Shown here: one piece after another, positions 9,601 to 17,345 of the stretch
Numbering within the stretch: position 1 is the stretch's first letter
Layout of the letters: each line of letters opens with the position of its first letter
DNA from: a virus
Virus record (IMG/VR): IMGVR_UViG_3300013006_000027
Location: 1 to 64,000 of that record
Direction: 5' to 3' (one strand)
Length of the DNA: 64,000 bases
The notes under the pieces: model-generated
Seen by the model: only the letters and a program-made list of their open reading frames with translations
What the model was told of the DNA's origin: nothing
Databases searched by the model: none
Made by a program: the position numbers and the translations under genes

Positions 9601-11604
9601 GGACCAACTAGAGATGGAAAAGCTATATTTGGATTTGGATTTGCTGGCGGCTCTGATGTTTCAATAACCAATAAAGTAAATAATATTGGTACTGTTACTA
9701 CAGATACTACAGGTGTTGGTACTGCAAGAGTAATACTAGCAGCCGCAAGTTATGGCGGTGATAAAGCTATATTTGGATTTGGACGGGCCGGTGGCATCGA
9801 TGTTTCAATAACCAACCTAGTATCTAATCTTGGTGTTGTTGCCACAGATACAACTGGTGTTGGTACTGCAAGATATGGACTAGCAGCAGCAGGGTATGGT
9901 GGTGATAAAGCTATATTTGGATTTGGGGTGGGATCGCTTGCGTCGTCCACAATAATTAATCTAGTATCTAATACTGGTGTAGTTGCTACAGATACGGCTG
10001 GTGTTGGTACGGCAAGATCTCAACTAGCAGCAGCCGGCTATGGTTATGATAAAGCTATATTTGGATTTGGAGCAAGTGGGGTTGGTTTATTCTCAATAAC
10101 CAATCTAGTAAATAATCTTGGTGTTGTTGCTACAGATACTGCTGGTGTTGGTACTCCGAGGTATGGTCTAGCAGCAGCAGGATATGGTACAGACAAGGCA
10201 ATATTTGGATTTGGTGTTACTAGTAATCCAACTAGTATAACCAATCTAGTATCTAATCTTGGTGTTGTTATTGTTGATCAAGCCGCATTAACTGGTACTG
10301 CAAGATATGGACTAGCAGCAGCAGGATATGGCGGTGATAAAGCTATATTTGGGTTTGGTTTTACCAACATTTCTCTTGGCAACCCTACTAACGTAACCAA
10401 TCTAATAACTAATACTGGTGTGGTTGGCAATGATGTCACTGGTGTTGGTACTGCAAGGTCAGGTCTAGCAGCAGCCGGATATGATAATGTACAACCACTG
10501 AATTATACATTTCCGATACCTGGTACTTACTCTGTAGCACCTATACCCGGCTACCCCTATCTTGCACTAGAATTGGTTGGTGCGGGGGGCGGTGGAGGCG
10601 GCACTGATGGATACGGCGCTAGTTATGCAGGTGGTGGCGGTGGTTCTGGTGGGTATTCTTTTGATATTTTAGATACTACCGGAACAAGTGGTAACTTCAC
10701 TGTAACTGTAGGCGCTGGCGGAACTGCTGCTAGTGCTAGCCTCGACGGTACTGTTTATCCAGGTGTACCTGGCATAACTAGAACTGGTACAAAAAATGCT
10801 GGAACCGGAGGCATATCTTCACTACTATACGGTTTAACAAATTATTATACTGCTCTAGGAGGAGTTGGAGGTACCGGTAATACAGGTAGTAACGATGATG
10901 GTGTGGGCGGAGCTGGCGGTATAGGTAGAACTATTTCTGGTAATCCTGGAGTCACCCCTTCTACTCCGATAGATATTTATCCAGCAGCAGCAGGAGGCGC
11001 TAGCGTATATGGTGGATTTGGTACAGGTGGAGCTAGTCAAAATAGTAACTTTACTTCTAATTCAGATGCAAACTTGCCACAAGCCGGTGGTAATGGTTAT
11101 GTAAGAATGCAATTCTCTAGCACTCTACCTAGTACAACTACTACAACTACTACTGCTGCACCAAGTGGTACTATCAATACTGCATTGTTTACTTACTTAA
11201 CAAATAATAGTTTTTATGGATCAATTTCTGGTGGAACCGATGCTAGCACATATATTTTATTTTATTCTAACGGTAACTTTGCAATTCTTGATCAATCAGG
11301 AACTAATTTAACCAATGGAGCCCCAACTAATCAATATTGGTTCAGTGGGGGATTTGTAACTCCGGGATTAGTCCATTGGTTCAGATTTACACAAACTGCT
11401 GTGAATGGTTATACCGCTACAGCTACAACTGGTTGGATTCAACCAGGAGTCGCCGGGATCGCAGCAGCATATGTAGCAAATAATTATAATGCAACTACAG
11501 ACGCAACTTATACCATAGAAGTTGCGTCAGATTCATCAGGTACTAACATCGTAGCAACCGCTACCGGGGTGTTAATATCCGCAACACAGTACCCTCCCCC
11601 GTAA
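6661..11604 (+). CDS. large virion protein: ~310-aa structural N-terminal domain, three Kelch-like propellers, Gly-rich domain, C-terminal beta domain
   Basis: 1647 aa; late promoter at 6625; 18 blades in three groups of six; GAGGGGG...GGGGGSGGY Gly-rich domain typical of tail fibres. Confidence 0.85.
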   Translation: MTYAQYNLIEASDFNALIGNNPGNTANTLNTTWAVGNGNAGYGQQQVANVAIGYTVANIDWATLINNTANSAAHQGSTITSVTPPSGGNTIAYIAAVTNNLTTIYNNRLNAVAQGLIPASNTVTSGNTWTSNIVFTQTASFANGDAARYFFNAGGQLVITCAHPTGSTINNIFHGLAANIGNVTLSSPTTGVINVAGNSFSGISKLGGSGQTPSILTNNGYYALTTSNANVFTQIDGVDSTFSSSYINIKVKSNGTQGSYGDAGNVITFYTTWQELPVGTTVSAGTATTLTAIYPSSNNIANTWGTVTVQGSSPITPTTTTTTTTGPGTTTTTTAAPSPAPAGSAIFGFGFGTKPSGQGALNMTNLVNYFGVVATDTTGVGTERSGLAAAGYGVGQAIFGFGYTGGGTYFSITNLVSSAGVVATDTTGVGTARRELAAAGYGSGQAIFGFGEDAGSVAVSITNLVDNTGVVATDTTGVGTARNGLAAAEYGVGQAIFGFGSSSGGYYTNITNLVNNLGVVATDQTALTGTIRSRLAAAGYGGNKAIFGFGNDGVSHVSITNLVSNLGVVAANQTALTGTARSNLAAAGYGGDKAIFGFGAFGSGLTRTSITNLVSNLGVVAADVTGVGTARQDLAAAGYGSGPPPLTTTTTTAAPTPTPGSAIFGFGLNNVGDETSITNLVNNNGVVSNDVTSVGTARRSPAAAGYGTDKAIFGFGFANLLSYIAITNLVSNLGVVATDTAGVGTPRSALAAAGYGGDKAIFGFGNDNSGAPFSMTNLVNNLGVVAADTTGVGTARYGLAAAGFGVGQAIFGFGNTGIAVSITNLVDNNGVIVSETAGVGTARYGLAAAGYDSDKAIFGFGRSSSLTSITNKVSNLGVVQADVTNLSSTARDALAAAGYGSGQAIFGFGRVGPLSGTASVRIINLVNNLGTIVSESAGVGTPRSGLAAAGYGGVPPSPPTTTTTTTIGPGTTTTTTTASPGPTRDGKAIFGFGFAGGSDVSITNKVNNIGTVTTDTTGVGTARVILAAASYGGDKAIFGFGRAGGIDVSITNLVSNLGVVATDTTGVGTARYGLAAAGYGGDKAIFGFGVGSLASSTIINLVSNTGVVATDTAGVGTARSQLAAAGYGYDKAIFGFGASGVGLFSITNLVNNLGVVATDTAGVGTPRYGLAAAGYGTDKAIFGFGVTSNPTSITNLVSNLGVVIVDQAALTGTARYGLAAAGYGGDKAIFGFGFTNISLGNPTNVTNLITNTGVVGNDVTGVGTARSGLAAAGYDNVQPLNYTFPIPGTYSVAPIPGYPYLALELVGAGGGGGGTDGYGASYAGGGGGSGGYSFDILDTTGTSGNFTVTVGAGGTAASASLDGTVYPGVPGITRTGTKNAGTGGISSLLYGLTNYYTALGGVGGTGNTGSNDDGVGGAGGIGRTISGNPGVTPSTPIDIYPAAAGGASVYGGFGTGGASQNSNFTSNSDANLPQAGGNGYVRMQFSSTLPSTTTTTTTAAPSGTINTALFTYLTNNSFYGSISGGTDASTYILFYSNGNFAILDQSGTNLTNGAPTNQYWFSGGFVTPGLVHWFRFTQTAVNGYTATATTGWIQPGVAGIAAAYVANNYNATTDATYTIEVASDSSGTNIVATATGVLISATQYPPP

Positions 11605-11613
11605 GTTAAAAAT

Positions 11614-11664
11614 TTATCATCACACTCATAATTAGCTATATAAAGCTATACGGTGTGATGATAA
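11614..11664 (+). promoter_or_regulatory. stem-loop covering the translation-initiation region of the glycosyltransferase gene
   Basis: ttatcatcacac (11614-11625) / gtgtgatgataa (11653-11664), perfect 12-bp inverted repeat ending 1 nt before ATG. Confidence 0.55.
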
Positions 11665-11665
11665 C

Positions 11666-12604
11666 ATGAAAAAAAATCTAAGATTTATTTGCGTACAACC
11701 TGCCATTGATTACTATACTTGGCAAGTTGAAGTTATGATTAATAACTTCATGGAAAAAGGAATAAACCCTAACTACATTGACGTAGTATGTGGTATACAA
11801 AACAATCATGTTCCTGAAAGATGGCAAAAATTAGCTAACCATTATAATATGGTTAGATTCTTCTTCTATAACAATACTAGACAATCACCTGGCTATATTA
11901 GCTCTCTAAGACCACATATAATGAAAAAACATTTTCAAGCTAGACCTGAATTACTAGATGAAGCCATATTCTATCACGATAATGATATCATGTTCACTGA
12001 TCGGATAAACTTTGATCAATTTTTAGAAGACGATATATGGTATGGTTCAGATTGTCGTTGGTATATCTCTCACGATTACATCATTAGCAAAGGTGAAGAT
12101 GTATTGGACGCTATGTGCAATATTGTTAAGATTGACAAATCTTTGGTTAAAGAAAATGAGCTAAACAGTATTGGTGCTCAATACTTAATGAAAAATCTTA
12201 CCGCAGAATTTTGGGAAAACGTTGAACGTGATTGTGAAAAGTTATTTGTGGATATTACTGCTATGAATAACATTAAAAAGCAAGCAAATCCTGGATACCA
12301 TGAATTGCAAATTTGGTGCGCTGATATGTGGGCTGTACTTTGGAATGGATGGAAACTAGGTAACAAAACAGAATGTCATAAAGACCTTAGCTTTAGTTGG
12401 GCTACTTCACCGGCAAGAGAATGGAACGATCATAAAATATTTCATAATGCAGGTGTTACTGGAACAGAAAATGGTCAATTTTACAAAGCTAACTATATGC
12501 AAACATTACCCTACAATCAACCCCTAGAAATAAAGCCTGATTATTGTAGTTACCATTATTGGCTATGGGTACAAAAAGTTGCCCAAATGTCTTGCTTAAC
12601 ATAG
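11666..12604 (+). CDS. GT-A fold glycosyltransferase resembling GT95/GT96 protein O-glycosyltransferases
   Basis: YYTWQVEVM near N-terminus, DxD motif (YHDNDIMF), WCADMWA and C-terminal IFHNAG, matching the Y..WQ / DxD / W..EMY / H layout of HPAT/SGT1-type enzymes. Confidence 0.6.
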   Translation: MKKNLRFICVQPAIDYYTWQVEVMINNFMEKGINPNYIDVVCGIQNNHVPERWQKLANHYNMVRFFFYNNTRQSPGYISSLRPHIMKKHFQARPELLDEAIFYHDNDIMFTDRINFDQFLEDDIWYGSDCRWYISHDYIISKGEDVLDAMCNIVKIDKSLVKENELNSIGAQYLMKNLTAEFWENVERDCEKLFVDITAMNNIKKQANPGYHELQIWCADMWAVLWNGWKLGNKTECHKDLSFSWATSPAREWNDHKIFHNAGVTGTENGQFYKANYMQTLPYNQPLEIKPDYCSYHYWLWVQKVAQMSCLT

Positions 12605-12653
12605 AGCTAAAACTGTATAAATAATATTGTATACTTTATAAAGGAGTTACAAA

Positions 12654-12971
12654 ATGCAAGCAAAAATTTTATCTATATTACTTTTGTTTCCCTTAAGTGC
12701 GATAGCACAACACCATCATCATGGTATGAGACATTTTGATCATCATCAAGCTCATCGTGGAGGATGGGGTTGGGTAGCACCTGCTGTCATCGGCGGGGCT
12801 GTAGTATATGGGTTAACTCGTCCTTCTCCTGTAATAGTTCAACAACCAGTCTACATTCAACAGCCTCCCGTTGTTGTTCAGCCTCAGGTTGTAATTATTG
12901 ATGGAGTAGAGTATACTAAACAAACTATGATAGTAAATGGTGTATCACAAGAAGTTTTGATACGCCAGTAA
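12654..12971 (+). CDS. small exported His-rich / PVVVQ-repeat protein
   Basis: Signal peptide (AIA-Q), Gly-rich hydrophobic segment, AGGAG RBS, TATAAATA at 12616. Confidence 0.75.
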   Translation: MQAKILSILLLFPLSAIAQHHHHGMRHFDHHQAHRGGWGWVAPAVIGGAVVYGLTRPSPVIVQQPVYIQQPPVVVQPQVVIIDGVEYTKQTMIVNGVSQEVLIRQ

Positions 12972-13009
12972 AGAATTGTTGTAAAAACCGAAAGGAAAGA
13001 AGCAAGTTA

Positions 13010-13287
13010 AAAGACGGGCAAGACTCGGGTTCGACTCCCGACCGGTCCACCAAAAGCATACTAGAGTGATGCTGGGGAAGAGTAATAGTCAGCGGTTAAT
13101 AAATCTTCCAAGTATGCTTTTGATGGGCCGGCCATGGTATCGATTGACGGATGAGTAGATGAGTGGACAACACGATAGGCGATGGACGTAATCCAAGCAA
13201 AATCTATAAATGCCAACGATGAGGTATTTGCTATAGCCGCATGAGGCTGAGCCGGAGTAGGAAAGACTCTGTAAAATAACTAACCTG
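13010..13287 (+). ncRNA. ssrA: circularly permuted (two-piece) tmRNA; outer ends approximate
   Basis: Acceptor piece GAC-UCGGG-UUCGACU-CCCGA-CCGGUCC-ACCA ends at 13052; 72-nt intervening segment; coding piece begins GGGCCGG at 13125 (7-bp acceptor stem with G3:U70); tag 13212-13244 ANDEVFAIAA* preceded by ATAAAT. Confidence 0.92.
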
Positions 13288-13288
13288 T

Positions 13289-13315
13289 AATAGGCCCGAA
13301 AGGGCCTATTATTTT
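13289..13315 (+). terminator. intrinsic terminator after tmRNA
   Basis: aataggccc-gaaa-gggcctatt followed by a T-rich run. Confidence 0.85.
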
Positions 13316-13371
13316 GTTGTTTTTCCGCAACAAACCCAAAATTTGACATTAATTGGGTATAAGCGTATACT
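13315..13371 (+). promoter_or_regulatory. sigma70-type early promoter with upstream palindrome
   Basis: TGTTG-N8-CAACA (13315-13332), 10 nt, TTGACA-17-TATACT (13343-13371). Confidence 0.85.
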
Positions 13372-13401
13372 GTATCTATAGTGAGAAACAAGGAGAGCGA
13401 G

Positions 13402-13773
13402 ATGAGCGAACTGACTTACAAGACTTGGGAAGAGTACACTCCGCTTGAGCAGGCTGCAATGACCTACTGGGATATGTACAAGGACGCTTACAATTTCCGC
13501 CCCCGTAGTGTGGACACGTCCAAATGGACACTAGCAGACTTCCAAAAGGAGTTCGAAACCCTGCAGTTTATCATCAACCGCAATGAGGCCCAACGTATCG
13601 AGGACGAGGCTGCGGCTGTCGCCCGTTTCGAAGCCCGTATCGCTAGCATCATCCAATTGGGTGCTAAGGATCGTGCAATGGCACTGCGTTGGATTCACGA
13701 GGCTGAGGACACGGACGGCGACGATGAGTACCTCTGCTACACGGTTGGCATCCCTTATGGATATTTCAAATGA
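13402..13773 (+). CDS. hypothetical early protein
   Basis: AGGAG RBS before ATG 13402; more GC-rich codons than flanking late genes. Confidence 0.8.
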   Translation: MSELTYKTWEEYTPLEQAAMTYWDMYKDAYNFRPRSVDTSKWTLADFQKEFETLQFIINRNEAQRIEDEAAAVARFEARIASIIQLGAKDRAMALRWIHEAEDTDGDDEYLCYTVGIPYGYFK

Positions 13774-13883
13774 CATTCACTTTAACTACCCCAACTGGTA
13801 AGGTCATGCAGTTCTATTTGCAGGCTACGGCTGAATTGTATCAGATACTTTACCAAGGCACAATCACTAAGGCTTCTGCTTGA
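13770..13883 (+). CDS. small hypothetical protein (37 aa, not in ORF track)
   Basis: ATGA overlap with the previous gene; MTFTLTTPTGKVMQFYLQATAELYQILYQGTITKASA*; TGA lies within the next TTGACA. Confidence 0.55.
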   Translation: MTFTLTTPTGKVMQFYLQATAELYQILYQGTITKASA

Positions 13884-13908
13884 CATTAATTCAGGCAGTT
13901 GCTATAAT
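13880..13908 (+). promoter_or_regulatory. sigma70-type early promoter
   Basis: TTGACA-17-TATAAT perfect consensus. Confidence 0.85.
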
Positions 13909-13942
13909 CTTTTTATCGTAGTTTTTTCAACAGGAGTAAGAA

Positions 13943-15043
13943 ATGGCTCAAGTATCTGACAATCTCACCGTTACTAGTGTTCAGGCCCGTAAAGCAATTC
14001 TCAAGGCTTTCAAGGTCAAACGTCCCGTGTTTCTCTGGGGCCCTCCCGGTATCGGTAAGTCTGAGGTTGTTTCTGAAATCACCGAGGAGCTTGGTGGTTT
14101 TATGATTGATTTGCGTATGGCACAAATGGAACCCACTGATATTCGTGGTATTCCTTTCTTCAATAAAGACATTGGCAAGATGGACTGGGCTCCCCCGGTT
14201 GATCTCCCTGACGAGGAACTTGCTAGTCAGTACCCTATCGTCTGTCTGTTCTTGGACGAGATGAATTCGGCTGCCCCTGCTGTACAGGCTGCAGGATATC
14301 AGTTGATTCTCAATCGCCGTGTTGGTAAGTACAAACTTCCTGACAACGTGGTTATTGTTGCGGCAGGCAACCGTGATAGCGATAAGGGTGTTACTTATCG
14401 TATGCCGATGCCCCTTGCTAATCGGTTCTTGCATATTGAAATGCGACCCGATTTTGCTTCGTGGCAGAACTGGGCAGTTAACAAAGGCATCCATAAGGAT
14501 GTGGTTGGTTATCTGTCTTTCGCTAAACAGGATCTCTATGATTTTGATTCAAAGTCCTCTAGCCGCGCATTCGCTACTCCCCGTAGCTGGTGCTTTGTCA
14601 GCGATTTGCTGAATGATGACGAAGACACGGACTCTGATACACTGTTCAACTTGGTCGCAGGTTCTGTAGGTGAAGGTCTTGCTGTTAAGTTTATGGCACA
14701 CCGTAAGGTTGCAGGTCAGATGCCCGAGCCTAGCGATATTCTCGCAGGTAAGGTCAAAGAACTCCGTGTCAAGGAAGTGTCGGCAATGTACTCCCTCACG
14801 ATTAGCCTGTGCTATGAATTGAAGGACGCTCTTGACAACAAACGTGTCAACACCAAACAATTCCACGAAATGGCTGATAATTTCTTCAGCTACATCATGG
14901 CAAACTTTGAAACTGAGTTGGTCGTAATGGGTGCGAAGGTTGCTCTGAAAACGTATCGTCTTCCGATCGAACCCAGTCAGTTGAAACATTTTGATGACTT
15001 CCACAAGAAGTACGGCAAGTACATTGTAGAAGCAGGTAATTAA
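13943..15043 (+). CDS. MoxR-like AAA+ ATPase
   Basis: Walker A GPPGIGKS, Walker B LFLDEMN, AAGN sensor, PLANRF arginine finger, ATPRSW. Confidence 0.9.
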   Translation: MAQVSDNLTVTSVQARKAILKAFKVKRPVFLWGPPGIGKSEVVSEITEELGGFMIDLRMAQMEPTDIRGIPFFNKDIGKMDWAPPVDLPDEELASQYPIVCLFLDEMNSAAPAVQAAGYQLILNRRVGKYKLPDNVVIVAAGNRDSDKGVTYRMPMPLANRFLHIEMRPDFASWQNWAVNKGIHKDVVGYLSFAKQDLYDFDSKSSSRAFATPRSWCFVSDLLNDDEDTDSDTLFNLVAGSVGEGLAVKFMAHRKVAGQMPEPSDILAGKVKELRVKEVSAMYSLTISLCYELKDALDNKRVNTKQFHEMADNFFSYIMANFETELVVMGAKVALKTYRLPIEPSQLKHFDDFHKKYGKYIVEAGN

Positions 15044-15044
15044 T

Positions 15045-15069
15045 AAAAGGGGAGGCAACTCCCTTTTTT
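15045..15069 (+). terminator. intrinsic terminator
   Basis: aaaaggggag-gcaa-ctccc-tttttt. Confidence 0.8.
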
Positions 15070-15072
15070 CAC

Positions 15073-15101
15073 TTGCAATTAAATACGGTATGTGTTATAA
15101 T
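15073..15101 (+). promoter_or_regulatory. sigma70-type promoter
   Basis: TTGCAA-17-TATAAT. Confidence 0.7.
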
Positions 15102-15129
15102 ATAACATATATACGATAAAGGAGTAGGT

Positions 15130-16416
15130 ATGAGTGATGTAGTCGCCCCAACTAAAAAGCGTAAACGTAGTAAAAAATTTGAAAATTTGGTCGGCCCTAC
15201 CGATGCCAAAGTAGACTTCAATGCCCGTGAGCGGTTGGTAACTGCCCGCATTGGTCTGCTTCTCCGTCATTCATTCTTTGGTAACCTTGCAACCCGTATG
15301 CAATTGGTTAACGCCGATGAATGGTGCTCTACAGCCGCTACTGACGGATTGAAATTCTATTACAATTCTCGGTTTATTATGATGCTCAAGCCCAAGGAAG
15401 TTGAATTCTTGGTTGGGCATGAAGTACTTCATGTAGTATACGATCATATTGGTCGTCGAGGCAACCGTGATCCCCAACTTTGGAACATTGCTGATGACTA
15501 CGCGGTTAATGCCGACTTGAAACGGCACAAGGTCGGTGAGTTTATCAAAACGGTTCCTTGCTTGTATGAAGCAAAATATGACGGTAAGAGTGCCGAAGAA
15601 ATCTATGATGACCTTTATGAGAAGGCTGAAAAGATTAACATTGAGGATCATATCGACCAAATGATTGATGATCATATGGAAGGTGAGGGTTCTGAGTCTG
15701 AAGGTGACGGCGAAGAAATTGACGGTAGTGGTAAGGTCAAAGGTCGTCCGAAAATGTCTGGTGAGGAACGTGAACGTGTTCGCCAAGAAGTAAAACAGGC
15801 TATCATCAATGCGGCTTCTTCTGCTGAAGCAGGTTCTATTCCTAAAGGTGTTGAGCGGCTGATCAAACAGCATACTAACCCAATAATGCCTTGGCGTGAA
15901 TTGATTCAGACTAATTTGACAAGTGCTATTCGGACTGACTTTAGCTTTATGCGTCCTAATCGTCGAGGTTGGCATATGGACGCTATCATGCCTGGGATGA
16001 CCCCAGGTGAAGAAATCGATGTTGTAGTTAGCCTTGATATGTCGGGTTCTATTACCGATAAACAAGCTCAGGCATTCTTGGGTGAGATTGCCGGTATGAT
16101 GGATGCGTTTGATGGATATCGGGTGCATGTATTTTGTTTTGATACAGAAACTTACAATCCACAAGACTTTACCAGCGAGAACTTGGATACAATTGATTCA
16201 TATGAACCAGTTGGTGGAGGTGGTACTGATTTTGATTGCATCTTCAGTTATCTTAAAGAAAATGCAATTGTGCCCAAACGTTTGATTGTGTTCACGGATG
16301 GCTACCCTGGTGGTAGCTGGGGAGATCCTGACTATTGTGATACCACATGGATCATTCATGGTGACAAGGATCCTAATCCCCCATTTGGGACGTTTGCACT
16401 ATATGACGGGGCATGA
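15130..16416 (+). CDS. metallopeptidase-like (HExxH) plus VWA domain protein (DUF2201-like), MoxR partner
   Basis: TAATDG, HEVLH, MIDAS DMSGS, GGGGTDF, FTDG. Confidence 0.88.
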   Translation: MSDVVAPTKKRKRSKKFENLVGPTDAKVDFNARERLVTARIGLLLRHSFFGNLATRMQLVNADEWCSTAATDGLKFYYNSRFIMMLKPKEVEFLVGHEVLHVVYDHIGRRGNRDPQLWNIADDYAVNADLKRHKVGEFIKTVPCLYEAKYDGKSAEEIYDDLYEKAEKINIEDHIDQMIDDHMEGEGSESEGDGEEIDGSGKVKGRPKMSGEERERVRQEVKQAIINAASSAEAGSIPKGVERLIKQHTNPIMPWRELIQTNLTSAIRTDFSFMRPNRRGWHMDAIMPGMTPGEEIDVVVSLDMSGSITDKQAQAFLGEIAGMMDAFDGYRVHVFCFDTETYNPQDFTSENLDTIDSYEPVGGGGTDFDCIFSYLKENAIVPKRLIVFTDGYPGGSWGDPDYCDTTWIIHGDKDPNPPFGTFALYDGA

Positions 16417-16651
16417 TCTAATATATGAATCCCCCGATAAGGGGGAAACTATATATGCTAGAAAAGTAGGATCTACTGACAGGGTGTTAATTTCAATGAG
16501 TGAAAAGGCTTGGTCTCGTATCAATGAACAAGAGCAAGTCGAGATTTGGAAAGATATTAGAGGATTAGCAAAAACCAATCCATCGTTGAATGATGTATTG
16601 GATAGATTGTTAGTAGTTTATAACCTTATCAAAAAAGAAAATTCACTATGA
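16403..16651 (+). CDS. hypothetical protein
   Basis: Start trimmed to ATG 16403 (MTGHDLIYESPDKGETIYAR); overlaps both neighbours. Confidence 0.7.
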   Translation: MTGHDLIYESPDKGETIYARKVGSTDRVLISMSEKAWSRINEQEQVEIWKDIRGLAKTNPSLNDVLDRLLVVYNLIKKENSL

Positions 16652-17055
16652 TGTATATTGGTACAAGCTTGGGTGGTTGCTTGCGTAGCATCCTAGATGG
16701 CGAAGTATCCGAGGACCGTGTTTTGACGATTATTACTAGGACTCACTGCGAAACTTACGATTCGTTGGTCAACGTAGTTAAATTGTATTACTCTGAAGGT
16801 AATAACTATGCTAGAAATCCTCAGCGGTACGACTTAACAAAATTTGATTTTGAGACCGTGTTGGATTTAGCTAGTAGGCTTTATAATTCAGGTAGAATTC
16901 ATCAACCTAGGCTTTACTCAGATAGTGATTATTTGCCTATTGCCTTTGCTTTTCAAGAACTTTGGCTCCAAGTAGTACCAACTAATACTAATTCTTCACC
17001 TGCGGTGATTGATGCGTATGAAAAATACAAGATGTTAGATTCTCTAACCCGATGA
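16648..17055 (+). CDS. hypothetical protein
   Basis: 135 aa, ATGA coupling at both ends. Confidence 0.75.
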   Translation: MMYIGTSLGGCLRSILDGEVSEDRVLTIITRTHCETYDSLVNVVKLYYSEGNNYARNPQRYDLTKFDFETVLDLASRLYNSGRIHQPRLYSDSDYLPIAFAFQELWLQVVPTNTNSSPAVIDAYEKYKMLDSLTR

Positions 17056-17285
17056 TAGAGATTGATCCTGTTGTTTGGTTTAGTGATCGGGAGGTTAATT
17101 TTAAACCTCCACATTTCGTTATGACCAACACTCATATTACTGAAGAATCTAAATTTTGGATTTTAAAAAATTTAAAAGGTAGATTTTCATTAATTGAAAA
17201 TGGTTATATAACAAGGAATAAAAAGTTTGTACCTGCTTTTGAAGATCCACAAGAAGCAATTCTTTATGAGTTAGCTTGGTCTTGA
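17052..17285 (+). CDS. small hypothetical protein, possible distant member of the F.L.W family
   Basis: Ends FEDPQEAILYELAWS. Confidence 0.7.
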   Translation: MIEIDPVVWFSDREVNFKPPHFVMTNTHITEESKFWILKNLKGRFSLIENGYITRNKKFVPAFEDPQEAILYELAWS

Positions 17286-17345
17286 TAAATTTTTAGTATA
17301 TAGTAAAAATCAATTAAATAATGATATAATCAAGGAGAATATGAT

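Noticed and set aside
460-10490. CRISPR-like look of conserved repeats with unique spacers
   Set aside because: Constant parts are over 100 nt, variable parts always keep the frame inside long ORFs, and no cas genes are present; these are protein repeats.
460-10490. Diversity-generating retroelement target
   Set aside because: Loops differ in length and are not limited to adenine-type substitutions; no RT or TR/VR pair in the window, though the rest of the genome is unseen.
348-11040. Many minus-strand and alternative-frame ORFs (PNPNIALSPPYPAAA, poly-Val, poly-Gln/Leu)
   Set aside because: They are shadows of the repetitive plus-strand genes and lack their own RBS.
13021-13052. tRNA gene suggested by GGTTCGACTCC...CCA
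   Set aside because: No upstream D and anticodon arms; the matching 5' strand lies downstream, so it is part of a permuted tmRNA.
13089-13391. 100-aa minus-strand ORF
   Set aside because: Overlaps the tmRNA, its terminator and a promoter; no coding features.
13913-16285. Long antisense ORFs over the MoxR and VWA genes (e.g. 15271-16164)
   Set aside because: Fully overlap well-supported plus-strand genes and show no recognisable motifs.
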